A stretch of 63,331 nucleotides of DNA, filler included, from Chrysochromulina tobinii (taxonomy: Eukaryota), in NCBI GenBank assembly GCA_001275005.1. It is 4 parts of 4 records of this genome, joined end to end, with 100 filler letters (N's around TTAATTAATTAA, not from the genome) between each part and the next. Parts side by side here need not be neighbours in the genome. Positions count along the whole stretch, not along the records: positions 36,721 to 58,176 come from JWZX01000623.1; 3 more parts are not named here. One strand, given 5' to 3'. The notes beneath the pieces are model-generated. The model saw only the letters and a program-made list of their open reading frames with translations, was not told the origin of the DNA and did not search any database. Every line of letters starts with the position of its first letter. Position 1 is the first letter of the stretch. Both the position numbers and the translations under genes were made by a program. This document shows, in pieces, positions 39,527-49,361 of the stretch.

Positions 39527-42214
39527 CTAACCCTGACATGTGTAGCCCTTAGATCGTGCCTGAGTACCAGCACGCGACTTCAGTCGCCTGGCTGTCAGAG
39601 TTCGCCACTCATACACCTCATCTCCGCCAGCATCATGAGTCGTGCCCGTACTCGTACCACCCGCACCCGCACACTCGCTCTCATGCAGTGTGTGCCACCT
39701 GCCTTCGCCGTCGTCGTACATGATGAGGTGATGCCAATCAAAGGCTTCGACGCTACCCGGCTGCCAGCGTTGCAGAGAAGGCCAGTAGACTTCGATTCGG
39801 CTCCCAATCGCTGGTTCAGCTGGTTCGCCAGCGTCGAGGCGAGTGGCTGCGGTGAGAAGTCGACGATGGTCGTCGTCCCCTTGGGCGGCGTGACGTAGGT
39901 GCTGCCGGGGCGCGGCTTCGGGCGGCCGCGGGTCGGGCGCGGGCCTTGCGTGGGCGACTCCTGCAGCACCTCGATGTTGTCTGAGACGATTGTGAACATG
40001 TCGGCGGGAGCAGGGTAGCAGCCCGTGGACGCATCCGTGATCCGCTCGTAGGCCGAAGCCCTCGCTCGCTGTCACGCACTCTTGCGAGTCTGAGTCCTCC
40101 CCAGGTGGGGTGCAGACGGCGCCCTCGGTCACCGATGGCTCAACCATCTGCACAACCATCGCTTCCATCGAGATGCGGTCGGCTCCCATGGACACAGCTT
40201 TGAACAGGCTCTGGTCCACCAAGAGGTGAGCACGTGAGCTCTGCGGCTTCGACTTCCACGCCGCCTCCTCGGCCGCCGCTGCCTCCTCGGCCGCCGCTGC
40301 CTCCTCGGCCGCCGCTGCCTCCTCGGCCGCCGCTGCCTCCTCGGCCGCCGCCGCCTCCTCGGCCGCCGCCGCCTCCTCGGCCGCCGCTGCCTCCTCGGCC
40401 GCCGCCGCCTCCTCGGCCGCCGCCGCCTCCTCGGCCGCCGCCGCCTTCTCAGCCGCCGCCGCCTTCTCGGCCGCCGCCGCCTTCTCGGCCTCCGCCGCCT
40501 TCTCGGCCGCCGCTGCCTTCTCCGCTTCGGAGTCCTCTTCGGCTTGCAGCACATCCTCCTCGCCCGGCTCTGCCGCCGCTCGCCCCGCCCCAATGTGCCT
40601 CGCGTAGTTCAAGGCCGCCTCCTCCGGCGTCGCAAACCTGCCTAGGTAGCGCTTCTCGCCATTCACTCTCATAACTGCCTCATACTTTCCATCATGCCTG
40701 TACACGCCCTTGAAGCCGGACTGGCTGCTCGACGACAGCACGAGCTTGAGCCCCTCGGCCGCCGCAGCCTCCCTAGCCTCGTGCGCAGTGAGCGGCTGCG
40801 GCCCTGCGGCCATCACCTCCTCCTCTCGCACCTCTCCTTCCTGCGCCTCTGCGAGCACAGTGTCCTCCTCGGCAGCCCTACGGTCAATAACCTCGGCCTT
40901 GACCTCGGCCTCGTCGTCCTCGGAAAGCACCATCACCTCCTTGCTAGCGGGCCGACCAGTGGACGCTGCTTGCGAGCACCAAGCCGAGCTTTTCTTACGC
41001 TTCACTGGCTGCGCGTACAAAGGATTCATCGCCAGCCAATCTGGCATGGGTCGCTTGCGCGTCCCACGCCGCAACGGCTCATCCAGAGTACCACGAGCGC
41101 GACCCATCGTCGTTCCGTCACTGGATCCACTCAGCACCTCCTCGTCCATCTCATCAAGATCGATGGCGTCGATGCTGGACTGCCCCTGCTGCCGAGGGTG
41201 ATCTGTCACACTGGGCGGCTCGAGCCGGACCTCGGAGCTGCCACGGATCCAGACGACTTGGGCGCTCTCGGGGAGGCTTTCGAGCAGCATCTGTAGATTC
41301 CTGTCGATCTTCACGTCTCTGGAACGCGCTATGCGTTTGCCGCAGCATGGGCACGCCTTTCCAGCGTACGAGCGCAGGGCACCGAGGTTGCATTGGGCAA
41401 CATGATGGCATAAAGCCCCTTTTGCTGGCTCGACGAGACGTTCATGCGTGAGCACGCACTTGAGTTGAAGCTGCCTCCAATCGTCAGCCACGACGTCAGC
41501 AGAGCTCTCGGCGGCGAGGACAAGGCGCACAAAGCAAGCTGGGTCGTCGAACCTGCCGTGCACCTGCGAGAGGCCGTCATCATACATCACGCGGAAGAGT
41601 TCGATGGACGACCCGTCTCTCGCGAGTTCTGTGAACGTTTCTGCAAGATAACCTTCATGCCAGTCACCATTCCAGTCTAGAGCAAGACGTGCGCCAACCT
41701 GCGCCTCGCGGGGCAGCCGCACCATGCGCACGACGATGCTTGAGGCGCCATCACGGGCGCACGCAAAGGGCCGCGGCTGGAGACCACCCAAGCTTGCAGT
41801 GACGGTAGATGCGGCGGCCGCCGCTCCCGTTGCGAAGGTGGTGGTGGTGGAGGGGCAGGCGGCGGCGGCGAGGGCTGCGGAGGGATGGGGATCGGCGGCA
41901 CGGGCGGCGGCGGCATGGGCGGCGGCATCGGCAGAGGAATGAGCGGCGGCATGTTGATGCGGCTCCAGGCTTAGCTTCAGGCCGCCAATTCCGTTGGGCG
42001 CACTGAGTTCGTCGAGGGGTGTTGCGCTAGAAGATGCCTCGCCACCGTTGAGAACCGGCGTGTGAAGTGGATGGCCGTCGTCCTCATCAGACGAATCATC
42101 ATCGAGCGTGAGTCCTGGCTCAAGTCTAAAGCGTCCTCGTGGGTGCAACATCTCGAGCGGACCGGAAGGAAGCGCGCGAGGAATCAGATCTTCGATTCTC
42201 CCCGAGATCCACAT
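39527..42214 (-). CDS. Tudor-like + SP-RING (MIZ) finger + AP2-like + (AEEAAA)n + Tudor-like protein
   Basis: LKCVLTHERLVEPAKGALCHH..C...CPCC; SGFKGVY....YEA....RYLGRFATPEEAALNYAR; GSRIEVYW...W..G......H.I.YDDG. Confidence 0.72.
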   Translation of the reverse strand: MWISGRIEDLIPRALPSGPLEMLHPRGRFRLEPGLTLDDDSSDEDDGHPLHTPVLNGGEASSSATPLDELSAPNGIGGLKLSLEPHQHAAAHSSADAAAHAAAARAADPHPSAALAAAACPSTTTTFATGAAAAASTVTASLGGLQPRPFACARDGASSIVVRMVRLPREAQVGARLALDWNGDWHEGYLAETFTELARDGSSIELFRVMYDDGLSQVHGRFDDPACFVRLVLAAESSADVVADDWRQLQLKCVLTHERLVEPAKGALCHHVAQCNLGALRSYAGKACPCCGKRIARSRDVKIDRNLQMLLESLPESAQVVWIRGSSEVRLEPPSVTDHPRQQGQSSIDAIDLDEMDEEVLSGSSDGTTMGRARGTLDEPLRRGTRKRPMPDWLAMNPLYAQPVKRKKSSAWCSQAASTGRPASKEVMVLSEDDEAEVKAEVIDRRAAEEDTVLAEAQEGEVREEEVMAAGPQPLTAHEAREAAAAEGLKLVLSSSSQSGFKGVYRHDGKYEAVMRVNGEKRYLGRFATPEEAALNYARHIGAGRAAAEPGEEDVLQAEEDSEAEKAAAAEKAAEAEKAAAAEKAAAAEKAAAAEEAAAAEEAAAAEEAAAAEEAAAAEEAAAAEEAAAAEEAAAAEEAAAAEEAAAAEEAAWKSKPQSSRAHLLVDQSLFKAVSMGADRISMEAMVVQMVEPSVTEGAVCTPPGEDSDSQECVTASEGFGLRADHGCVHGLLPCSRRHVHNRLRQHRGAAGVAHARPAPDPRPPEAAPRQHLRHAAQGDDDHRRLLTAATRLDAGEPAEPAIGSRIEVYWPSLQRWQPGSVEAFDWHHLIMYDDGEGRWHTLHESECAGAGGTSTGTTHDAGGDEVYEWRTLTARRLKSRAGTQARSKGYTCQG
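40261..40523 (-). repeat. 18-nt coding tandem repeat (AEEAAA/AEKAAA), about 14 copies
   Basis: Directly visible. Confidence 0.9.
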
Positions 42215-42936
42215 GCATGCATGCCAACGGCGATATCGAAAGGGGTTACCCTCACCGGTTACTTCGGATGTCAGTGGTTGTGTCAGTGGTGTCAGTGGTG
42301 AGTGTCAGTGGTTCCAGTACACAACGGGAGTGGACTGGCGCCAAAGAGGCCGGCGGAGTATCCCGGTCACGCGGTCAGCGCGAGAACGTGGTGCGGCCCG
42401 GTGCCGTGGCGCGGCCGTGCCGGCAACCTGGCGCTGGCCGGCAACGCCGGACCGCGAACCCGAACGGTCAACCTCTAACGGTGAACGGAGTTTACCGGGA
42501 CCCGGACCGTCCCACTGAACGTTATCTGACTTGTTCCCCGCCACGCACGATCGATCCTAGCTGAATGCGCAATTATCTCAGCCCCCCGCCATGGAACCCG
42601 AACCCCACTGAGTGTGTCTGCGCCAGAGCCCTATAGCGGGCCCGTGACCGCACCCCCTCAGACCTCTCTATCTCCAGAATCACTCTCACTTGTCGTGTCG
42701 CTGTGGACCTCTTGCGCGTTGGGTCCCCATGCCTACTACACAGCCGTGTGCCCCTCCCGCCGTACTGTGGAACTGTGATGCCCCGACCCTGACCATCGGC
42801 AGCTCCCCACCCGGGCGTCTCTTGCGAAAGAATGTGACGCTTCAAAACATGTCATTCGGGACGGCAACATCATCGGGCTGCAAAGTGGTCTTCGACAGCA
42901 GCTCACACCCCTTCTGGAGCCCGCGGGTTGTGGAGC

Positions 42937-44125
42937 TCAAAGCGGCTCAGAGACCATGCCATCCTGATCCTTATTCATAGAGCCCATAGCGATCTCCGAT
43001 GGGTTTTCCTCCTTGTACTCCTCCAATTGAACGGATGGGTTGACAGGTGGCTTGAAGAACAAGAGCTGCGCCGAGAAGGCCACGCCGAGCCAGGAGCCGA
43101 AGTAGCCGTTGCAAGTCACGTGGAAGGGCGACGAGCCGGGGAAAGTGGTCCAGAAGGCCTCGATCACCCAGCAGACCAGCAGGACGAGATAGAGGAAGGT
43201 GAAGAGCTTCTCGACCTTGCCTGAGATGTAGCCGGGCTTGAATACGATGAAGCACGCGAAGCAGAGCGTGACGATGGACAGCCAGAAGGCGTAAATCATC
43301 GCCTGAATATTATATTCCATGATGTCTTGCTGCTGGAGCATCCGCCCGCTGGAGGGGGGCGCGGGGGGCTTGCCGGGCGGCGGCGGCGCCCTGGGTGGCG
43401 AGGGGGGGTTCGAGTGCCACACGGGCACGGGGCGCCACGGGCCACCATCCGCGGGCATTTGGGTAGGATCAAAGGCGAGATACGGGTACGATTGGACTGC
43501 GAGCAACGGAGCCGGGACGCGCGGGGTCACGCGTGCTTCAAGGCGGCGCGGCGCGGCGCATGGTTCAAGCCATAGGACATGATGCGCCAAGTTCAAGCCT
43601 CTTGGCGAGCTTACGAAGAACCATAATGGAAGAGATGATCAAACCGAACGCAGGCGAGACTCCGGTCTTTGCGCGGAGGTCGTCGACCATTTTGGCGGGA
43701 TCCACGCCGATGTTGCCGAGGGAAGCGCATGCCCCCGCCCAGCACGCAAAGTACCCGTTATTTGTCTGATCGAACCCGTGCTCCGGCATGTTTGTCAGGA
43801 TGAAAGCGCCAATCGTTATGTTCACGAACAGGAACAAGGAAATGAGACCCTCGACGGTAATGGGCCCGATCAAGGGCGCCTTGGCAACCAGGACCTTCTG
43901 CAAGATGGCCTGTTTCATCTTCAGCATGAACAAAGCGACCACGCAAACGATGATCTCCATAATGCACATGACGAAGGCGTAAGCATTGTTAAAGCCGACG
44001 CAGAATTTCAAGCCATTGGAGGCGGCGCACAGATCCACAGGGTCATAGGTCAGGAACAGCGACGCAATCAACACCACCACTGAAGCCAAGAGCAAGAAGC
44101 CGGTCGACGTCGGGTTGAGAACCAT
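42937..44125 (-). CDS. Multi-pass membrane protein with internal duplication (MARVEL-like); intron 43497-43614
   Basis: Two hydrophobic halves ending NNGYFACW and CNGYFGSW; GTAAGC..CGCAG intron joins IMVL|LQSYPYL in frame. Confidence 0.75.
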
Positions 44126-44324
44126 TGAGGGTCGGCCACAATTGATTCCAGGGCAGGTTCCAGTGCTTTCCGAGGGAGATAACGGAGAGACGAAACCACG
44201 CGCCGTGTTGGGCGATTCACTCCAATCGCGTCAGTTGCAGTCAGTCAGTCAGTTACTGCGGTCCTACAGCTACAACACGAGCAAGCGTGCGTACACCGGC
44301 GTCAGATAAAAAGTTAGTTGGGAT

Positions 44325-47300
44325 CTACGACACATCACCGACGACCTCATCTGCGCCAGCAAGGTGCCGCTCCCATGCGCGCTGATCTCTGAAGTCCAAT
44401 GAGGCGCCGAGGTCCTCAACTCCGTCGCACACTGACGGAGCGTGCTCGTATGCATGCTCGTATGTCTCGGCTCTAATCTCGGCTCTAATCTCGGCTCTAA
44501 TCTCGGCTCTAATCTCGGCTCCTTGGGCTGTGCCCGCGTCAAGAGCGGCGGCCTCTCTCCCCTCCGCGCTCATCGGAGACGCCGCCGGCTCGGGCTGCAC
44601 CTCCTCGTCGCTGTCGAGATCGGCGCCGGCCGCCTTGGAGGCGGCCGCATACCCGCCAGTGGGCAGCTCGTCGTCGCCGCCGCCGCCGCCGCCGATGCTG
44701 ATGCCGATGCCGCCCTGGCCCTCGCGATCGACGTCCAGCACGAGCAGCTGGCCGCATGGGCGCACGCGCAGCCGCGGCGCCTCGTCGCCCTCGTCCTCAC
44801 GCCACCTTCCGCTCGGCTCGCCTAGCAGGAGCAGCCAGCCGTCGTCCGCGTACTGGTGCACGTGTCGTCCATCGGTCGCCGGGCGATGGAGGTCGGGCTG
44901 CAGCGGCGGGCGTGCGTCGCAGCAGAGCCCCACGTAGTCATCGAGCAGCCGCTTGAGGTACTGCCCGTGCCAGGGGCTCTGCGGCTCCATCCCAGGCGAA
45001 GGGTTCACCTCGAGCATCATCGGCACGCCGTGGGCGTCGATGATTAAGTCGAAGGCCACGAGGTCGCGGAAGGTAGCGTGCGGCGCGCGCGCCGTCGCGA
45101 GCGTCTCGAGCAGCACCGGGCGTAGTGCGAGGATGGCGTCGGCCACCAGGGCGTGCATGCGCGGCACGATGGCACTCAGGAAGCCGATCTTGGGCCCAAA
45201 GTACGCGTCGAGGTCGCCAAAGGAGACGCAATTGCCCCGCTCGAACTTGCCCGCTGCCGGCGACACCTTCTGCACCGCAAAGTTGGTCAGGTGCATGGAG
45301 TTGTGCGTGGCGTGGAGCGAGTAGGGCTCACTGCTCGTCCGACCGTAGCCCTCCCGATGCACGTAGAGCCGCAGGCCGAGGGGCGAGCGAGGCGCCGTCT
45401 CGAGCACTACGAAGAGGCGCACGTCGAACTTGCGCCCGTGGTAGAGGAGCGGCCGCTCGAGGTACTTTTGGACCACCCACGCACTCCGGCACGTGGACGA
45501 CTCGAGCGCCGTATCGAGCGCCTCCTGCCTAATTTGGTGCTTCGTCTCGAGCGCCGCCGAGCTCTGCATGCAAGTGGCCGTGGCGGCGGACGGGTCAGCG
45601 GCGGGATCGAGAGCGGCGGCGGCGGTGAGGGCAGCCGCGGTGGCGGCGGCGGCGGTGGCGGTCGTGGTGGCGGCGGTGGCGGAGGTGGCAGCGACAGCGG
45701 CCCCGGCTGCCTTGGTGTGCGGTCCACTGGACGGCTGTAGCGCACGTACGCTCAAGTAAGGCGATTCGCTCAACCTCTTGACTGCCCCCGCTGCCGCCGC
45801 CGCCGCGGGCGCTCCCTGCCCCTCCCGCCCGTGCCAGTGCGCCTCGAGGCCTTCGAGCGTGGCGGCGATCCCGATGCCGCGCCCACATGATCCAGCCGAT
45901 GGCTTGAGTAGCCACAGATTCTCCTCGCATTGCTCGGCGGGTACCCTCGGGTCCGTGGCACGCCCGACGGCGTCGAAGGTCGCACGGAAAGCTTCCCAAT
46001 GCGCCCCCGTGGCGCCCTGAGGCAGAGCCATTGTGAGCGGATGAAAGGCCCACGGGTCGAGCCCCTGAGCCGCATAGTACGCGCTGAGCGTGTGCAGTAG
46101 CCCGTCCTTGCGCCACAGGCCGCCCAGCCCAAAGCCGGAGCCATCGGCAGTGCGTGCTGGCCATCGGTTGGTCACAGCATGCATCTCGGACGGGTAATTG
46201 TGGACGAGAGGGTCGTTGCTGCGAAGCCAGCAGAACCTAAGGCCGCGCGGCCCCGCCAGGCACTTGCGCACGTGCGCTGCATCCAACCCGCCGCTCACCT
46301 CGCGCCAGCCACGTCGCAGCGCCGCCGCGCGCACGTACTCGGTGCCGTTACCACGGGCTGTTTGGACCAAAAAGGTCGGGCGCGGCCCGCAGGGCTCTTC
46401 GAGGCTCCGCGCCCGACACGGCGCCCCGCGCTCCTTTAGGCTTCGGGCGACGGAGTTGGCGGCGGTGGAGGCGGCGGCGGAGGTGGATGGCGTGGGGCGG
46501 GATTGTGGCGGCGCGGAGGAGGGGCGAGTGGCGTGGCGGGGCTTGGCAGCAGCGGAGGTGGTGGCCGAGGCGGCGGCGGCAAAGGAGGCAGCGGCGGCGG
46601 CGGCGGCAAAGGAAGCAGCGGCGGCGGCGGCGGCGTCAGCGGAGGGCGTGCACGCATAGGTGAGGAGTGCCGCCTCATCGCGCGCCGCCATGAGCGTGTT
46701 GATCGCGTAGACCTCCGCGCGTCTCTGCTCAGCCGACGAGGCTTCGTCAATTGCTTCGTCCTCCGTAGAGGCGAAGGCAGCCGCGTCAGAGGTGCTCGTG
46801 GCCGCAGCGCTGTCGGTGGCGCGCCCGCTGGTACGTTTGCGCGGCGCCTGGCGCGTCGGATACGCCGCCGCGTCAAAAGACACTCGGCGCGACGGTACCG
46901 CTGCGCCGCCCGCCGCCCCGTCGGTAACGGCCGACCGCAAGATGGAGGGCGGCGGTTTCGTCATTGGCGACGGTTTCGTCATTGGCGACGGTTTCGTCAT
47001 AGGCGACGTCGCCTCCATCCAATGGAGCGATGAGATAGCGATCCCGTTGAGTGAGGACGTCGGGGGTGGCGGCGTCATCGGCGGCACGGTCGCGCTCGCG
47101 GGCACACTGCGTGGGTGATTGGCGGCGGCACGGGAGCTCGAGCGCGCCAAGGGACGCTGCGTCTCCACTGGAAAAGTTGAGCACGCGGGCGGCGGAGGTG
47201 CGGGTGGGCAGGCGCCGGCTCGACCAGTCGGCGCACTCACCTTCGGCCGTAACGGCGGCGGCGGGCGTTGGGAGAGGGCGATGGCCCCGACCGTCCCGGG

Positions 47301-49298
47301 GGGGCCCAATGGGGGACCCGGGTCACCCCCCGGGACGCCTGCGTTGAGCGTTGGGATCATCATCGTGGTCGAGGAGGGCGCAGTCCCTTGTTTGGCCACT
47401 CCGCCAGCCGCCGCCTCTTTCGCCGCCGCCTTCTCGGCCGCCGTCGCCTTCTCGGCCGCCCTTGCCGTCTCGCGGCTCGCGGCTCGCTCGGCCTCCTTCG
47501 CACGCATGGCCTCTCGCGCCCTAGCCGCCTCCTTCCGTCCCTCCTCGATCTGGACCAACGTCGCCTGGGCCTTGGCGTCGCGATCGGCCTCGCGCGCCGC
47601 CGCCGCCGCCCGAGTCTCCTCATCTCGAGCGGCGAGCGCTGTGCGCTGCGCCTCGTGACGCATCGCCATCTTGGCTGACGCGGCCTCCGCCCTGCCGACG
47701 GTCAGCGCACGCCGCCGTTCCCATGCCTCAAGCTCGCGCGCTTGGGCATTGAGCGTGGCGGGGATGGTGCCGGTCGGGAGCGGCGCTCTCGCTCGGCGCG
47801 CCATCGCACTGGCCGCCTCCCTCGCCGCCTCCCGCGCCGCCTCCTTCGCCGCCTCCAGCGCCGCCTCGTGCTCCGCGGCCCGCTGCTGACGCGCCGCCTC
47901 GCGATCACGACGGCGCCGTTGCGCCTCGGTCTGTTTGGCCTGTTTGGCCACCAGAGCCTCTTCAGACCGGTGCGCCAGCTCCTCGGCCCTCCGACGTGCC
48001 TCGCGCGCAATGTGCCGTGCGCCCTCTTCGGCCGCATGCAACGCTGCCGCAGCCTCCCGCCGCCGCGCCGCCGCAGCCTCCTGCAGGCTACGGTGCCGCA
48101 ACGTCTCCGGCGTCGCTAACCCTAGCCCGGTCAGCGACAGGACGGCAGCAGCCTCCATGGCGGCGGCGGCCTCGGCGGCTGCGGTGGCCTCCCTCAAGCG
48201 TGCCTCCAGCATCGCGAGGGACTTCTCTTCCTCAACTACCAGCCTCGCCGCCGCGGCTGCCTCCTCCTCGGCCGCCGCGGACGCCGCCGCTGCCGCGGAG
48301 GCAGCCGCCGCCTCCGCCTCCGCCTCGGCGGCCTCTGCCTCTGCCTCTGCCTCTGCCTCTGCCTCTGCCTCTGCCTCCGCCGCCGCGGCCACCGCCTCAG
48401 CCTCTGCAAGCGCCGCCGCCTGCGCTGCCTCTCGCTGCTCGTGTCGCCGGCGCTCCTCTGCCGCCTTCGCCTCGGCCTCGGCCGCCAACTGTGCGCCGAA
48501 GAGGGCCTCGCGCGCGTCGACCAGGGGCTGAAGCTCCGCCACGCAGGCTGCCAGGCGCGCCACTGCCGCTGCTGCTGCTGCCTGCTGCTGCTGCTGCTGC
48601 TGCGAGGACAGTACCTGCTGCTGCTGCTCGTCGCCCTCGCCACCGACCGCGCCGCCGATGCTGGAGCTACCACCACCACCGCCAACACCGTCCTGCTCGC
48701 GCAGCGAGTGCATCATCAGCCTGAGCGCGCGCGGACTCGCTGCGAGCGCCTCAGCCAGAAGCCTTCCGACGACGATCTGGTTGGCGCGCATGTCAATCGT
48801 CTCGAGGCGCGGGCACGTCACGACGGACTGATCGGCTGCCGTGAGGAGCGCGGCGCAGCCGATCACCCGGATGCGGTTGGCGGCGAGCGATAGCTCCTCG
48901 AGCGCCAGCAGCGGCGGTGACGAACGCAGCAACGCGTCCGCGAGAGCATGCGCACCGATGTCTCCAATGGCATTGGAAGAGAGGTCAAGGCGCACGAGGC
49001 TCACAAGCCCGGCACCCCGCACCGCCTCTGCTAGCGCATGTGCGCCCCTGTCCCCGATTGCATTCTCGTGCAAGCACAAGCGCGTGAGCTTGTGAGTGCC
49101 GCCGCGCGATGCGAGCTGGGCGAGCCCTGCTGCGAGGTACTCGGCACCGTCGCAGCGGACCGCATTGGCGTGCAAATAGATCTGGCGTGGCGGGGCTCCA
49201 GCCGAGGCGCCGAGCACTACAGCCACTTCCTGGCAACCGTCGTCGTTGAGCGACCTGGAGGCGACGTCCAGGATGGCCCGGATGGAGCACACTGACAT
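44325..49298 (-). CDS. LRR + coiled-coil + tubulin-tyrosine-ligase-like (TTLL) protein
   Basis: LxLxxNxIGDxGA repeats; WLLKPS..SCGRGI, VVQKYLERPLL..GRKFDVR, HLTNFAVQK, FDLIID.....MLEVNPSP. Confidence 0.85.
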   Translation of the reverse strand: MSVCSIRAILDVASRSLNDDGCQEVAVVLGASAGAPPRQIYLHANAVRCDGAEYLAAGLAQLASRGGTHKLTRLCLHENAIGDRGAHALAEAVRGAGLVSLVRLDLSSNAIGDIGAHALADALLRSSPPLLALEELSLAANRIRVIGCAALLTAADQSVVTCPRLETIDMRANQIVVGRLLAEALAASPRALRLMMHSLREQDGVGGGGGSSSIGGAVGGEGDEQQQQVLSSQQQQQQQAAAAAAVARLAACVAELQPLVDAREALFGAQLAAEAEAKAAEERRRHEQREAAQAAALAEAEAVAAAAEAEAEAEAEAEAEAEAAEAEAEAAAASAAAAASAAAEEEAAAAARLVVEEEKSLAMLEARLREATAAAEAAAAMEAAAVLSLTGLGLATPETLRHRSLQEAAAARRREAAAALHAAEEGARHIAREARRRAEELAHRSEEALVAKQAKQTEAQRRRRDREAARQQRAAEHEAALEAAKEAAREAAREAASAMARRARAPLPTGTIPATLNAQARELEAWERRRALTVGRAEAASAKMAMRHEAQRTALAARDEETRAAAAAREADRDAKAQATLVQIEEGRKEAARAREAMRAKEAERAASRETARAAEKATAAEKAAAKEAAAGGVAKQGTAPSSTTMMIPTLNAGVPGGDPGPPLGPPGTVGAIALSQRPPPPLRPKVSAPTGRAGACPPAPPPPACSTFPVETQRPLARSSSRAAANHPRSVPASATVPPMTPPPPTSSLNGIAISSLHWMEATSPMTKPSPMTKPSPMTKPPPSILRSAVTDGAAGGAAVPSRRVSFDAAAYPTRQAPRKRTSGRATDSAAATSTSDAAAFASTEDEAIDEASSAEQRRAEVYAINTLMAARDEAALLTYACTPSADAAAAAAASFAAAAAAASFAAAASATTSAAAKPRHATRPSSAPPQSRPTPSTSAAASTAANSVARSLKERGAPCRARSLEEPCGPRPTFLVQTARGNGTEYVRAAALRRGWREVSGGLDAAHVRKCLAGPRGLRFCWLRSNDPLVHNYPSEMHAVTNRWPARTADGSGFGLGGLWRKDGLLHTLSAYYAAQGLDPWAFHPLTMALPQGATGAHWEAFRATFDAVGRATDPRVPAEQCEENLWLLKPSAGSCGRGIGIAATLEGLEAHWHGREGQGAPAAAAAAGAVKRLSESPYLSVRALQPSSGPHTKAAGAAVAATSATAATTTATAAAATAAALTAAAALDPAADPSAATATCMQSSAALETKHQIRQEALDTALESSTCRSAWVVQKYLERPLLYHGRKFDVRLFVVLETAPRSPLGLRLYVHREGYGRTSSEPYSLHATHNSMHLTNFAVQKVSPAAGKFERGNCVSFGDLDAYFGPKIGFLSAIVPRMHALVADAILALRPVLLETLATARAPHATFRDLVAFDLIIDAHGVPMMLEVNPSPGMEPQSPWHGQYLKRLLDDYVGLCCDARPPLQPDLHRPATDGRHVHQYADDGWLLLLGEPSGRWREDEGDEAPRLRVRPCGQLLVLDVDREGQGGIGISIGGGGGGDDELPTGGYAAASKAAGADLDSDEEVQPEPAASPMSAEGREAAALDAGTAQGAEIRAEIRAEIRAEIRAETYEHAYEHAPSVCDGVEDLGASLDFRDQRAWERHLAGADEVVGDVS
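44462..44520 (+). repeat. 12-nt tandem repeat TCTCGGCTCTAA (AEIR on minus strand), about 4.5 copies
   Basis: Directly visible. Confidence 0.9.
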
Positions 49299-49361
49299 AA
49301 GGACCGTTGGCGTCCCGGTTGCTTCAATAGGAAGTCAGGAAATCTCGGGGAATTCTTTGAT

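Noticed and set aside
26030..41710. SUMO module linking the Ulp1 fragment and the SP-RING gene
   Set aside because: About 14 kb apart, separated by unrelated genes and an assembly gap; the protease is fragmentary.
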